Translations under genes and position numbers: made by a program
Notes under the pieces: generated by a model
What the model saw: only the letters and a program-made list of their open reading frames with translations
The model's database searches: none
What the model was told of the DNA's origin: nothing
NCBI GenBank assembly: GCA_023229465.1
Contig: JALNZE010000016.1
Location: 1,442-65,441 of the forward strand
Length of the DNA: 64,000 nt
Source: Chitinophagaceae bacterium
GTDB lineage: Bacteria; Bacteroidota; Bacteroidia; Chitinophagales; Chitinophagaceae
Direction of reading: 5' to 3'
In this document: positions 54,867 through 64,000 of the stretch, piece after piece
Position numbering within the stretch: position 1 is the stretch's first letter
How the letters are laid out: each line of letters starts with the position of its first letter

Positions 54867-55757
54867 TTAACTAACCCCCTGCACTATCGCTTCCTTATAA
54901 ATTTTCTGCACCAATCCCTGCAAAACTTTCCCCGGGCCACATTCGGTAAATTGTGTGGCACCATCTGCTACCATGCACTGTATCGTTTGCGTCCATCGAA
55001 CAGCTCCTGTTAATTGATTTATCAGGTTCCTTTTTATTTCGGAAGGATCCATCACCGCCCTGGCAACTACGTTTTGGTATACCGGGCAGGAAGCTGTATG
55101 AAAAACAGTGGCTTCAATAGCAGCGGCCAATTCTTCTTTGGCAGGCGCCATCAATGGAGAATGAAAAGCGCCTCCCACCGGCAAAATCAATGCCCGCTTA
55201 GCTCCCGCGGCTTTCATCCTTTCACAGGCTAATTCAATTCCTTTTATAGAACCACTAATTACTAACTGGCCCGGGCAATTATAATTGGCTGCCACCACCA
55301 CTTCGCCGGTTTCCGCGGTAATGGAAGCGCATATCTCTTCTACCTTCTCATCAGCCAATGCCAGAACCGCGGCCATAGCAGAGGGCTGTATTTCACAAGC
55401 TTTCTGCATGGCTTTCGCACGAATACTAACCAGCCGCAATGCATCTTCAAAGGTTAAAACTCCATTGGCTACCAGGGCAGAAAATTCACCCAGCGAATGG
55501 CCCGCAACCATATGAGGCCTGGCCCCCTCCAGCGTTTTATATACAATAACAGCATGCAGGAACACAGCAGGCTGCGTTACATTCGTCTGCTTCAACGCTT
55601 CATCAGTTCCACCAAACATCACATCACTAATGCGAAAACCGAGGATCGTATTTGCCTGCTCAAAAAGGTTTTTCGCGAAAGCATTTGTTTCGTATAGCTG
55701 TTTCCCCATACCACTGAACTGAGAGCCCTGGCCGGGGAATAGATAGGCGTGTTTCAT
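54867..55757 (-). CDS. fabD: Malonyl-CoA:ACP transacylase
   Basis: FPGQGSQ and GHSLGEFSAL. Confidence 0.95.
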   Translation of the reverse strand: MKHAYLFPGQGSQFSGMGKQLYETNAFAKNLFEQANTILGFRISDVMFGGTDEALKQTNVTQPAVFLHAVIVYKTLEGARPHMVAGHSLGEFSALVANGVLTFEDALRLVSIRAKAMQKACEIQPSAMAAVLALADEKVEEICASITAETGEVVVAANYNCPGQLVISGSIKGIELACERMKAAGAKRALILPVGGAFHSPLMAPAKEELAAAIEATVFHTASCPVYQNVVARAVMDPSEIKRNLINQLTGAVRWTQTIQCMVADGATQFTECGPGKVLQGLVQKIYKEAIVQGVS

Positions 55758-55818
55758 TCATTAAAAATTTCCGCGAATGTAATCATAAACCTATTAACGG
55801 TATTGCCACAGTATAAAG

Positions 55819-57510
55819 TCAGTACCTGGGCACAGGCACATTGTATTTTGTGAGCATCAACCTGTATGCCGGCAACTGTTTCAACACCTCAAGGTCCCGG
55901 TCATTAACCAGGTGATCAAAATTATCATATCCTGCCACCAACGACTGCTCCAGATAGGCCATTGCTTTTGGCAGGTTGCCTGTTAAAGCATGTATGCAGG
56001 CAGCATTGTGCAACGCCCATTTTAAAAGCTCATTATCGGTACTTTCTTTGCTGAGCAAGGTTTCTATCACCCTTACCGCTTCCTGCTTGTCTCCTTTCAC
56101 GGCTTTTGCATAGGCATAGCTTGAGGTCGTGTCTTTGAGAACAGACAGGCTGGCTGCCTTTTGCAGATTGATGACCGCAAGTTCCTGCTGTTTCATCGCT
56201 TCTTTAAAAAAACGGCCCAGTTCATAATAAGCGTTATAACTTGAGGCATCCAGTTCAACGGCTTTCTGCAGATCTTTCAGGCCACCTGCATAATCCTTCA
56301 TCTTCGACTTTAACAGTCCCATCTCAATGTAAATACTCACAAGGCTGGTGGTATTGGTATCGCTACTGTACAGGTTAACCACTTTTTTATAGTCGTCCAG
56401 TGCATTGGCATATTCTTTTCTTAACCCGAACAGATACGCCCTGTTCCAAAGATAACTACGGTAATAAGGGTTCAGCCGGATAGCTTCATTAATATGCACC
56501 AGGGCCTGCCCGTACTCAAGTAATGATCTGTCTGCCCAATACAAATCAAAATAACAGGTCGCCCTGTCCAGCTCTTTTTTCATCAATGAAGTAGCCAGGA
56601 GGTAATAGGTCCTTGCTTCTTTGTACTTGTGGAGAGCGGCAAGCGTGCGTCCCATATTCCAGTTGGCATAGTCATAGTTGGGATTTTGATTAAGCGACTG
56701 CTCCAGGTCTGTCTTTGCTTCTTCATAATTACCCAGGTAATAGCGGTAAAGGCCCCTGTTGTTGTACAATACGGAAAGATCGTTCGAGCCGCCCGTACCG
56801 GCGGGTTCCAATAACCTGATGGCTGCAGTAAAATCACCTATCGCCAGTTCGTACTGTAATTTTTTTCCCCGGTAATACCCGCGCTGCCAGAACGCGTTCG
56901 TATACCGCGAATCATATTCAATGGCTTTTGAAAAATCGGCAATGGCATCATCATATTTATACAATGCCCCACTGGCATCGCCACGCTCTTTGTGCAGTTT
57001 GGCAAGGTCTGTATTTTGACTGGCGCTATTAATAGATAAGGTATACACATCAACCGCCTTCTGGTATTCACCACTGTTATAGTAAGCCGCCCCTTCGCTC
57101 CAGTAAATATGCATCCTTTTCCCGGAACCGTATGATAAAGACAATTCATAATCACTGATTGCCTCCTGGTACAAACGCTGTTTTCTTCTGCTATCGCCAC
57201 GCCAGATATAGAGTTCTCCAAGAGACGAACGGTCGGAAGAATAATAGGAAAGGGCAGAGGTGAAATCAGTTATGGCATCCAAATAGTTTTCCAGGTAATA
57301 CCTCGACATACCACGCCACCAGTAAGCTTCTCCATTGAGAGACGCGTTGAGTGAACGTGTTGCATAATCGATCGCGGTATAATAGTTCTTGTTTTCGTAC
57401 TCCTTTTTGGCAAGATTATTATAATAAGTATGGTCCTGGGCATTTAGGGTGATATTGGCAAAAAGCGACAAAAGCATTAGTGCCGCAAGTACCATAAATA
57501 GCTTTTTCAT
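55819..57510 (-). CDS. Secreted TPR-repeat protein
   Basis: Signal peptide followed by many Y/A/L-periodic TPR-like repeats. Confidence 0.8.
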   Translation of the reverse strand: MKKLFMVLAALMLLSLFANITLNAQDHTYYNNLAKKEYENKNYYTAIDYATRSLNASLNGEAYWWRGMSRYYLENYLDAITDFTSALSYYSSDRSSLGELYIWRGDSRRKQRLYQEAISDYELSLSYGSGKRMHIYWSEGAAYYNSGEYQKAVDVYTLSINSASQNTDLAKLHKERGDASGALYKYDDAIADFSKAIEYDSRYTNAFWQRGYYRGKKLQYELAIGDFTAAIRLLEPAGTGGSNDLSVLYNNRGLYRYYLGNYEEAKTDLEQSLNQNPNYDYANWNMGRTLAALHKYKEARTYYLLATSLMKKELDRATCYFDLYWADRSLLEYGQALVHINEAIRLNPYYRSYLWNRAYLFGLRKEYANALDDYKKVVNLYSSDTNTTSLVSIYIEMGLLKSKMKDYAGGLKDLQKAVELDASSYNAYYELGRFFKEAMKQQELAVINLQKAASLSVLKDTTSSYAYAKAVKGDKQEAVRVIETLLSKESTDNELLKWALHNAACIHALTGNLPKAMAYLEQSLVAGYDNFDHLVNDRDLEVLKQLPAYRLMLTKYNVPVPRY

Positions 57511-57585
57511 AACCGGGATTTTAGCAAAACAAGTTACTGCTAAAAAAATGGATTGTCAATACCCCGCCGGAAATATTTGCTGTAT

Positions 57586-58182
57586 TTAGTCAAGCTTGGC
57601 GCTGATCAGTTTCAAAAATTCACTCCTCGTTGTATTTTTCAAAAATTCACCATCAAAAGCTGATGTGGTGGTAACAGAGTTTTGCTTTTGTACGCCGCGC
57701 ATCATCATACAGAGATGCTTGGCTTCTACTACAACTGCCACACCTAAAGGATTAAGCCCCTCCTTGATGGCTTCCAGTATTTGTGTAGTTAATCTTTCCT
57801 GAACCTGGAAGCGGCGTGAATACACATCCACTACCCTTGCCAGCTTACTCAGTCCGGTTATATAACCATTCGGAATATAAGCGATATGTGCCTTGCCAAA
57901 GAAGGGCAACATATGGTGTTCGCACATAGAATAGAGTTCTATATCTTTTACAATAATCATCTCACTTCCCTCTTCTTTAAATTTGGCAGAGTGAATGATC
58001 GCTTTCGGATCCATGGTATACCCCTGCGTCAGGTATTGCATGGCTTTTGCAACACGCTCAGGGGTTTTTACCAATCCCTCCCTCTCCGGATCCTCGCCCA
58101 ATGATGACAATATTTCCTGATAATTTTTTATCAATCCTGATGTCACATCCTCATCATACTTCTCAATTTTAGAATAAGCCAT
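57586..58182 (-). CDS. folE: GTP cyclohydrolase I
   Basis: [18 protein letters not shown] and related motifs. Confidence 0.95.
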   Translation of the reverse strand: MAYSKIEKYDEDVTSGLIKNYQEILSSLGEDPEREGLVKTPERVAKAMQYLTQGYTMDPKAIIHSAKFKEEGSEMIIVKDIELYSMCEHHMLPFFGKAHIAYIPNGYITGLSKLARVVDVYSRRFQVQERLTTQILEAIKEGLNPLGVAVVVEAKHLCMMMRGVQKQNSVTTTSAFDGEFLKNTTRSEFLKLISAKLD

Positions 58183-58207
58183 TTTGCTGTATTTACTTTT
58201 TACTGAT

Positions 58208-58621
58208 TTATGCCGGGTAGTCTACAAAATTTCTTTCTGTTTCATATAGCCTGATGCTCAGCGCAAGTTTGGCATCCAGTTTTGGCCGGAGCAGGTGATA
58301 GATAACAACCGCTATATTTTCTGCAGTAGGATTCAGCGATGCAAATTCAACTGTATCCAGGTTCAGGTTCTTATGATCAAACCTGTTCAAAATTTCTTCT
58401 TTCACCAAATTACTTAATAGTTTCAGGTCCATTACATAGCCGGTTTCCGGGTCGGGCTCCCCCACTAGTTTTACCACCAGGTCATAATTATGCCCGTGAT
58501 AATTGGGGTTATTGCAAAGACCAAACACTGTATTATTCTTCTCCATGGTCCAGCCCGGATTATGCAGCCGATGGGCAGCATTAAAATGTTCTTTTCGGTA
58601 AACAGCTATTTTATTGCTCAT
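58208..58621 (-). CDS. queD: 6-carboxytetrahydropterin synthase / PTPS family (copy 1)
   Basis: FNAAHRL and [11 protein letters not shown] (C-x5-HGH). Confidence 0.8.
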   Translation of the reverse strand: MSNKIAVYRKEHFNAAHRLHNPGWTMEKNNTVFGLCNNPNYHGHNYDLVVKLVGEPDPETGYVMDLKLLSNLVKEEILNRFDHKNLNLDTVEFASLNPTAENIAVVIYHLLRPKLDAKLALSIRLYETERNFVDYPA

Positions 58622-58680
58622 GGTTGCTTTACTATTAACCTGCAGAGTGACTCATTTGTTCAAAAAAGAAGGAATAAGTA

Positions 58681-59091
58681 TCAATCCCCAAAGTATTCAA
58701 CGAATATGCGACTGGTTTCATACAATTTAATGCAATGCAAATTAACCTCCTCAGGTAAATGAGGGGCCAATTGTTGCCAGATGGCAATCGCCAGGTTTTC
58801 GGTACTGCACATGGTATCTTTCATGAAATCCACATCCAGGTTCAGGTTTTTATGGTCCAGCCTGTCTACCACCTGCGTTTTTACCAGCTTACTTAATTTT
58901 TTTACATCATATACAAAACCGGTATCCGCACTGGGTATCCCTTTAATGGTAACATACAAATCATAATTATGCCCATGCCAGTTCTCATTGGCACAAACGC
59001 CAAAAACCGCTTCATTTTGTTCAGCGGTCCATTTTGGATTGAACAGCTTATGTGCGGCGTTAAAATGTTCTAATCGGGTTAAATACACCAT
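58681..59091 (-). CDS. PTPS/QueD-family paralog (copy 2)
   Basis: FNAAHKL and CANENWHGHNY. Collinear with copy 1 over its full length. Confidence 0.8.
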   Translation of the reverse strand: MVYLTRLEHFNAAHKLFNPKWTAEQNEAVFGVCANENWHGHNYDLYVTIKGIPSADTGFVYDVKKLSKLVKTQVVDRLDHKNLNLDVDFMKDTMCSTENLAIAIWQQLAPHLPEEVNLHCIKLYETSRIFVEYFGD

Positions 59092-59178
59092 TCTCTACAA
59101 AAATTTTTGCAAAGGTAAGAATTGGGGCCGAAACCGGGGAACTGAGTAAAGTGCCGGTTTTTACCCAACTTTGTGCGC

Positions 59179-59847
59179 ATGCGAATCATTATTACCGCCG
59201 CCACCGTAGCAGAATGGATGCCTTCCTTTCTGGAAATGAATAACCTGTATACCAGTGATAGCCATCGTTTCAAGGTACAGTTTCATCAAACAGGGGTAGG
59301 CATGCTGGCAACAGCCGTTTCGCTTACCAAACTGGCGCTTGATGAGAAACCAGACCTGGTGATACAGGCAGGTGTAGCAGGCTGCTTTGATACTGCTATA
59401 GCCCTGGGTAAGGTGATGGTGGTAAAGGAAGAATCACTTGCTGATACCGGTGTGGAAGAAGATGGCAAATGGAAAGATATTTTCGACCTGAAGCTGGAGA
59501 AAAGCAGTTATCCTCCTTTTGAAAGAAGAAAACTGCCCAACCCCTGGCTAACTAAATTCAACCTTTTGAAACTGCCTGAGGTAAGTGGTATCACCGTAAA
59601 TGAAATCACCACTAACCCGGAAAGAATCCGGCAATTGGTAAAAAAATATGGGCCGGTAACGGAAAGCATGGAAGGCGCCGCCCTGCATTATGTATGCCGC
59701 CAGGCAAATATTCCCTTTATTCAGATCCGGTCAGTCTCCAATTATATTGGCGAAAGAAATAAAGCCAACTGGAAAATGAAAGAAGCTATCGGGAACCTGA
59801 ATCAAACCCTCCTGCAATATATTGATACACTATACAAAATAAAATAA
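59179..59847 (+). CDS. mqnB: Futalosine hydrolase-like nucleosidase
   Basis: MRIIITAATVAEW... and MEGAAL (PNP/UDP-1 fold). Adjacent to an mqn-type gene. The start is taken at ATG 59179 rather than GTG 59173. Confidence 0.6.
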   Translation: MRIIITAATVAEWMPSFLEMNNLYTSDSHRFKVQFHQTGVGMLATAVSLTKLALDEKPDLVIQAGVAGCFDTAIALGKVMVVKEESLADTGVEEDGKWKDIFDLKLEKSSYPPFERRKLPNPWLTKFNLLKLPEVSGITVNEITTNPERIRQLVKKYGPVTESMEGAALHYVCRQANIPFIQIRSVSNYIGERNKANWKMKEAIGNLNQTLLQYIDTLYKIK

Positions 59848-59885
59848 CCTCCATTCTATCATTCACTCAATCTATCCTTCTCTCA

Positions 59886-60722
59886 ATGAACCTCTCCCTC
59901 GGTTTCTCCCCCTGCCCCAACGATACTTTCATCTTTGATGCTTTGGTCAATCATAAGATTGATACGGAGGGCCTTTCATTTGATGTGGTGTTGGAAGATG
60001 TACAAACCCTGAACCAATGGGCAATAGCGGGTAAACTGGCTATTTCTAAAATCAGTTATGGTGTGCTGCCGCTGGTAATAGATCAATATGCTCTTTTAAA
60101 CAGTGGTGGCGCATTGGGCATGGGTGTGGGCCCCTTGCTAATTACTAACCCCTCCACCATCAATAAACCACCATCCGAAAACCACCCACTGCAAACAAAC
60201 GTAGCAGACATGACAATTGCCATCCCCGGAGAAAATACCACGGCTCATTTACTTTTTTCACTGGCCTTCCCCGAAGCAAAAAATAAAGTGTTCATGGTAT
60301 TTCATGAAATTGAAGAGGCGGTATTGAGTGGCCGGGTGGATGCAGGGGTGATTATTCATGAGAACCGCTTTACCTATCAGCAGAAAGGATTGGAAAAACT
60401 GATGGACCTGGGCGCTTATTGGGAAGAAACTATCAAAGTACCCATACCCCTGGGAGGCATTGTTATTAAAAGATCTATTGACACAGCGCTGCAAAAGAAA
60501 ATTGACCGGCTCATCAGGAAAAGCCTTGAACACGCTTTTTCAAATTACCCAATCATTTCATCTTATGTACAGCAGCATGCGCGGGAGATGAACGAATCCG
60601 TTATGCGGCGGCATATCGATCTTTATGTAAACAATTATTCACTGGAGCTGGGAGAAGAGGGAAAAAAAGCGGTGAAAAAATTAATGGATGTGTACCAACA
60701 GTTGAATGCTTCAATTATTTAA
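59886..60722 (+). CDS. mqnD: Menaquinone (futalosine pathway) protein, MqnD-like 1,4-dihydroxy-6-naphthoate synthase
   Basis: The N-terminus LGFSPCPNDTFIFDAL matches my recollection of MqnD rather than MqnA. Confidence 0.6.
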   Translation: MNLSLGFSPCPNDTFIFDALVNHKIDTEGLSFDVVLEDVQTLNQWAIAGKLAISKISYGVLPLVIDQYALLNSGGALGMGVGPLLITNPSTINKPPSENHPLQTNVADMTIAIPGENTTAHLLFSLAFPEAKNKVFMVFHEIEEAVLSGRVDAGVIIHENRFTYQQKGLEKLMDLGAYWEETIKVPIPLGGIVIKRSIDTALQKKIDRLIRKSLEHAFSNYPIISSYVQQHAREMNESVMRRHIDLYVNNYSLELGEEGKKAVKKLMDVYQQLNASII

Positions 60723-61562
60723 AGTTTGCACGAACTTCTTATGCAACAAAGAAGACAATTGATTGGTATACCCACTTTCTCCCAACTGCTTCACCCATTT
60801 TATTCCGTAAATGGCATTGCTGAGAAATATTTCTGAGGCTTGCAGGATGTCTTCTACCTGTAGTTGGGTTTCTTCTACCGGCATATTTTCTTCGCGCATA
60901 GAATGTACCAGGTGTCTGCGCATTACCCCATTTACAGCTCCTTCCGTTAAGGCAGGCGTTTTGATTAAACCATCTTTTACCATAAACACATTCGCAATGG
61001 TAGCATCTGCAATTCGGTCATAGGGATTTAGTAAAATGGCCTCATCCAGTTTTTGCTTTTGGGCCCATAAAGCTGCCATCACATTAGGAAGATAATTATT
61101 GGTTTTTAGTACGGAGAAACGATCGCATACCTTTCTTGCATCCCGGTAGATACCTATCATCAACCCATTTTCATTCAGCGTATTATTAGCCGGATTCAGT
61201 TCCCAGGTTTGTACCAGGTGGTGTGGAAAATGATTGGATATCTCATACAAACCCCCTTCTCCCCTGAAAATCGTTACCCGTATCCTTGCCAGTTTATGAT
61301 GAAAATTTTTTTTGGCCAGTATCTCAACCTGCTCCCTCAAATAGGCAGGGGTAAAATAAACAGGCTGCTGAAACTGTAACAAATCCAATGAGGTAAACAA
61401 ACGTTCAAAATGATAATCGGCCAGTTGGATCTTTCCATTTATCATTTTCATGGTTTCAAAAAAACCATCCCCATACCTGAATGACCTGTTGTCTGGCGAA
61501 ATAAAGGTCTTGCCGGTTTTGCTGAGCTTACCATTATAAAAAAGAAAATTGGCCCCTCCCAT
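60711..61562 (-). CDS. Class IV aminotransferase-fold protein (aminodeoxychorismate lyase-like)
   Basis: FRYGDGFFET N-terminus and the LNPYDRIADATIANVF / G.....P motifs of fold type IV. Confidence 0.7.
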   Translation of the reverse strand: MGGANFLFYNGKLSKTGKTFISPDNRSFRYGDGFFETMKMINGKIQLADYHFERLFTSLDLLQFQQPVYFTPAYLREQVEILAKKNFHHKLARIRVTIFRGEGGLYEISNHFPHHLVQTWELNPANNTLNENGLMIGIYRDARKVCDRFSVLKTNNYLPNVMAALWAQKQKLDEAILLNPYDRIADATIANVFMVKDGLIKTPALTEGAVNGVMRRHLVHSMREENMPVEETQLQVEDILQASEIFLSNAIYGIKWVKQLGESGYTNQLSSLLHKKFVQTLNN

Positions 61563-61662
61563 AGTAACAAAGATAGTCTGAGTTAGAGGTTTAGCGCCTG
61601 GATTTGGGGTTTTGTGTTATTTTTAGCCGGTTTACAACTATCTCACCCTAAATACCGGTCCT

Positions 61663-62508
61663 ATGCAACTAATTGATATGATAAGGGAGCTCGAAACCAT
61701 TGCTCCATTAAGTTTGCAGGAACCTTATGACAATGCCGGCTTACTTACCGGTAGCAGTGATTGGGAATGCAAGGGTATTTTATGCACACTCGATGCCACA
61801 GAAGCAGTGATACTGGAAGCTAAAAAAAGGGGTTGCAACCTGGTGGTGGCCCATCACCCCATTATTTTTGGAGGATTAAAAAAGATTAATGGCAAGAATT
61901 ATGTTGAAAAAACCATCATCGCCGCTATCAAAAATGACATAGCTATTTATGCCATCCATACCAATCTCGATAATGTAATCCATGGCGTAAATAACCGGAT
62001 TGCCGACAGGATGGGTCTTATTAACCGACAAATTCTGCTTCCAAAAACTTTTCAGGAAAAGCTTCCTTTAGTGAATGAGATGAATGAGCCTGGCAGATTA
62101 GTTATTGATAATCAATCCATTGGAAGCGGATTACTGGGAGAATTACCGGAAGAACTGGATGAAACCGGTTTTTTATATATGCTAAAAACATCATTTGAAC
62201 TTGCCCTGATTCGACACACCCCTTTATCGGGCAAAAAACTAAAAAAAGTAGCCCTTTGCGGGGGTTCAGGCAGCTTTTTAACTGAAAAAGCTATTGCGGC
62301 AGGGGCAGATGTATATGTAACTGCCGATATAAAGTACCACGAATTTTTTGATGCCAATGAGCGGCTACTCCTGGCAGACATTGGCCATTGGGAAAGCGAA
62401 CAATATACAACTGAACTCCTGATTGAGATTTTACAGGCTAAATTCCCTACCTTTGCCGTCCTCAAATCAGGAATAATAACCAATCCGGTTAGGTATTTTT
62501 TGGGTTGA
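61663..62508 (+). CDS. Nif3-like dinuclear metal-centre protein
   Basis: NLVVAHHPIIF, YAIHTNLD, and DIGHWESE at the C-terminus. Confidence 0.85.
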   Translation: MQLIDMIRELETIAPLSLQEPYDNAGLLTGSSDWECKGILCTLDATEAVILEAKKRGCNLVVAHHPIIFGGLKKINGKNYVEKTIIAAIKNDIAIYAIHTNLDNVIHGVNNRIADRMGLINRQILLPKTFQEKLPLVNEMNEPGRLVIDNQSIGSGLLGELPEELDETGFLYMLKTSFELALIRHTPLSGKKLKKVALCGGSGSFLTEKAIAAGADVYVTADIKYHEFFDANERLLLADIGHWESEQYTTELLIEILQAKFPTFAVLKSGIITNPVRYFLG

Positions 62509-62572
62509 AGGGGGATGGTTTATACACTAAGTAAACCAGTAAACCAATAAATAAATAAACTACAAACTCCAC

Positions 62573-63328
62573 ATGGCAGCAGTTAAAGATTTCTCAGTTG
62601 AAGAAAAATTAGTAACTCTTTTGAGGTTGCAGAAGATTGACAGCAAACTGGATGAGATCCAGATTTTGAAGGGCGAGCTTCCGATGGAAGTAAGCGACCT
62701 GGAAGATGAGATTCAGGGCTTACAAAGCCGTCAAACACGCGTGGAAGAAGAGATCAATGGCATTACTGAGTTCATTGAAGAAAAGAAAAATACGATCAAA
62801 GAAAGTGAAGGCATGATCGCTAAATATGAAAAACAAAGCGAGAATGTTAAGAACAACCGCGAGTTTGAGGCCATCAATAAAGAGATTGAAATGCAGCAGC
62901 TCGAAATAAAGCTGGCAGAAAAGCATATCCGTGATGCCAATGAAGAACTGTCAGAAAAAATTAAAGCGCTGGAAATCGCTAAAAAACAGGTAGCTGTAAA
63001 AGAGGGTGTTTTAACACACAAAAAAGGCGAACTGCAAAAAATTATTGTAGATACAGAAAAAGAAGAGACCCATTTTAACAAACAAAGCGCCGATGCACGC
63101 AGTCATATAGACGACCGCTTATTATACAGTTACGACCGTATCCGCAAAAGTTATCGCAATGGCCTGTCTGTTGTACCGGTAGAAAGAGATGCCTGTGGGG
63201 GTTGCTTTAACTCTATCCCGCCTCAGCGCCAGAGCGAGATCCGTTTACATAAAAAAATTATTGTTTGTGAAAACTGTGGCCGTATTCTGGTAGATGCTGA
63301 CCTGAATGATAGTGTAGAAGCCAAATAG
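62573..63328 (+). CDS. Coiled-coil protein with a C4 zinc ribbon (COG1579/DUF164-like)
   Basis: CGGCFNSIPPQ...CENCGRIL. The usual partner gene, Nif3, is adjacent. Confidence 0.8.
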   Translation: MAAVKDFSVEEKLVTLLRLQKIDSKLDEIQILKGELPMEVSDLEDEIQGLQSRQTRVEEEINGITEFIEEKKNTIKESEGMIAKYEKQSENVKNNREFEAINKEIEMQQLEIKLAEKHIRDANEELSEKIKALEIAKKQVAVKEGVLTHKKGELQKIIVDTEKEETHFNKQSADARSHIDDRLLYSYDRIRKSYRNGLSVVPVERDACGGCFNSIPPQRQSEIRLHKKIIVCENCGRILVDADLNDSVEAK

Positions 63329-63385
63329 CATTACTGATTACACCGATTACTTAGATAGGATTAATAGGATAACAGGATATTGAAG

Positions 63386-63424
63386 AAAGAAAGGGTTACC
63401 ATTTGGTAGCCCTTTCTTATTTTC
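63386..63424 (+). terminator. Rho-independent terminator
   Basis: agaaagggttacc-attt-ggtagccctttct followed by tatttt. Confidence 0.7.
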
Positions 63425-63429
63425 GGGGT

Positions 63430-64000
63430 ATGATGAAACAACTCATTGTATGCGCTTTGCTGATCGGATTTTATTCGAAGGGCCATACACAGAAAGTATA
63501 CGAGTTCAACAGCACCTGTCAGCAGGCCTACCAGGAGATTACCAAACTGAAAATAAATAGCGGTCTCATACTAATTCAAAAAGCCAAACAACAGAATCCT
63601 GATAACCTCATACCCCTCTTACTCGAAAGCTATGTAGATTTTTATATCCTTTTCCTGAATGAGGATCCAAAAGATTACCAATTACGCTATCCTGCCTTTG
63701 CAGAACGGTATGAACAATTAGAAGCCGGACCTAAAAGTTCCCCATTCTATAATTATTGCCTGGGTACTGTTCGGGTACACAGCGCCGCGTCAGCCATCAA
63801 GTTTGGTAAACTATGGGATGCCGGATGGGATTTCAGGAAAGCCTATCAACTCATCAAAGAAAATAAAAAACAGTTCCCCACTTTTACCCCTAACAACCTG
63901 ATGTATGGCTCACTCCAGGCCGTGGTAGGTACCATTCCCCAGGGATATAAATGGATCGCCAGCCTGTTTGGCATGCGGGGTTCACTTACCGGGGGCATGA
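63430..64000 (+). CDS. Partial CDS for a secreted hypothetical protein (continues past the window end)
   Basis: ATG 63430 (MMKQLIVCALLIGFYSKGHTQ signal peptide). The open frame runs to the window end. Absent from the track because there is no stop codon. Confidence 0.6.
   Translation, partial: MMKQLIVCALLIGFYSKGHTQKVYEFNSTCQQAYQEITKLKINSGLILIQKAKQQNPDNLIPLLLESYVDFYILFLNEDPKDYQLRYPAFAERYEQLEAGPKSSPFYNYCLGTVRVHSAASAIKFGKLWDAGWDFRKAYQLIKENKKQFPTFTPNNLMYGSLQAVVGTIPQGYKWIASLFGMRGSLTGGM

Noticed and set aside
1-64000. CRISPR arrays, rRNA genes, IS elements or transposases, and riboswitch-like leaders (upstream of the PLP enzyme, folE/queD and the mqn genes).
   Set aside because: I saw no regularly spaced repeats, no rRNA-like sequence, and no transposase ORF or terminal inverted repeats. 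The relevant 5' leaders are too short (for example 41 nt before 49542) or lack recognisable conserved riboswitch cores.

Overview
This window looks like a Bacteroidota chromosome (Chitinophagaceae/Sphingobacteriia-like). That reading rests on a 2,423-aa SprA/T9SS translocon, TAnnTTTG-type promoter elements and NBU-like mobilization genes.

Core genome, about 29.6-64 kb. It carries dnaA, a two-gene 5'-nucleotidase, two-component systems, an ABC-2 exporter, sprA, ruvA, a vapBC-like toxin-antitoxin pair, fabH, fabD, folE with two tandem queD paralogs, futalosine-pathway genes and Nif3.

Accessory DNA, about 1-29.3 kb. By eye it is clearly AT-richer, and it abuts tRNA-Ser(GCT)/tRNA-Pro(TGG) next to dnaA. 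Reading leftward from the tRNAs it contains:
- a tyrosine integrase, an ORF6N protein and a Zn-ribbon protein;
- a DUF262 + HEPN (Rx4H) gene pair;
- an Xis-like HTH protein and a MobC-family/relaxase/T4CP mobilization set with no mating-pore genes, so it is mobilizable rather than conjugative;
- an 11-gene, 11.4-kb co-directional and mostly translationally coupled array;
- a GIY-YIG-like orphan, a decayed ECF-sigma/FecR pair, more orphan ORFs and a LytS/LytTR pair.

The array runs dndC-dndD-dndE, PLD(HKD)-nuclease/SF2-helicase fusion, small ORF, DndD-like SMC ATPase with a mid-protein CxxC, two ~148-aa proteins, a 4-TM protein, and a long DGQHR (DndB-like) protein. No dndA is present.

Best candidates for new biology:
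- the non-canonical phosphorothioation (PT) modification array and its fused restriction-like module, including the DGQHR + membrane-protein tail;
- the split DUF262/HEPN pair;
- a family of GTGACCTCAA-type palindromes bracketing the integrase gene.

All family assignments come from motifs read by eye. No searches were run.
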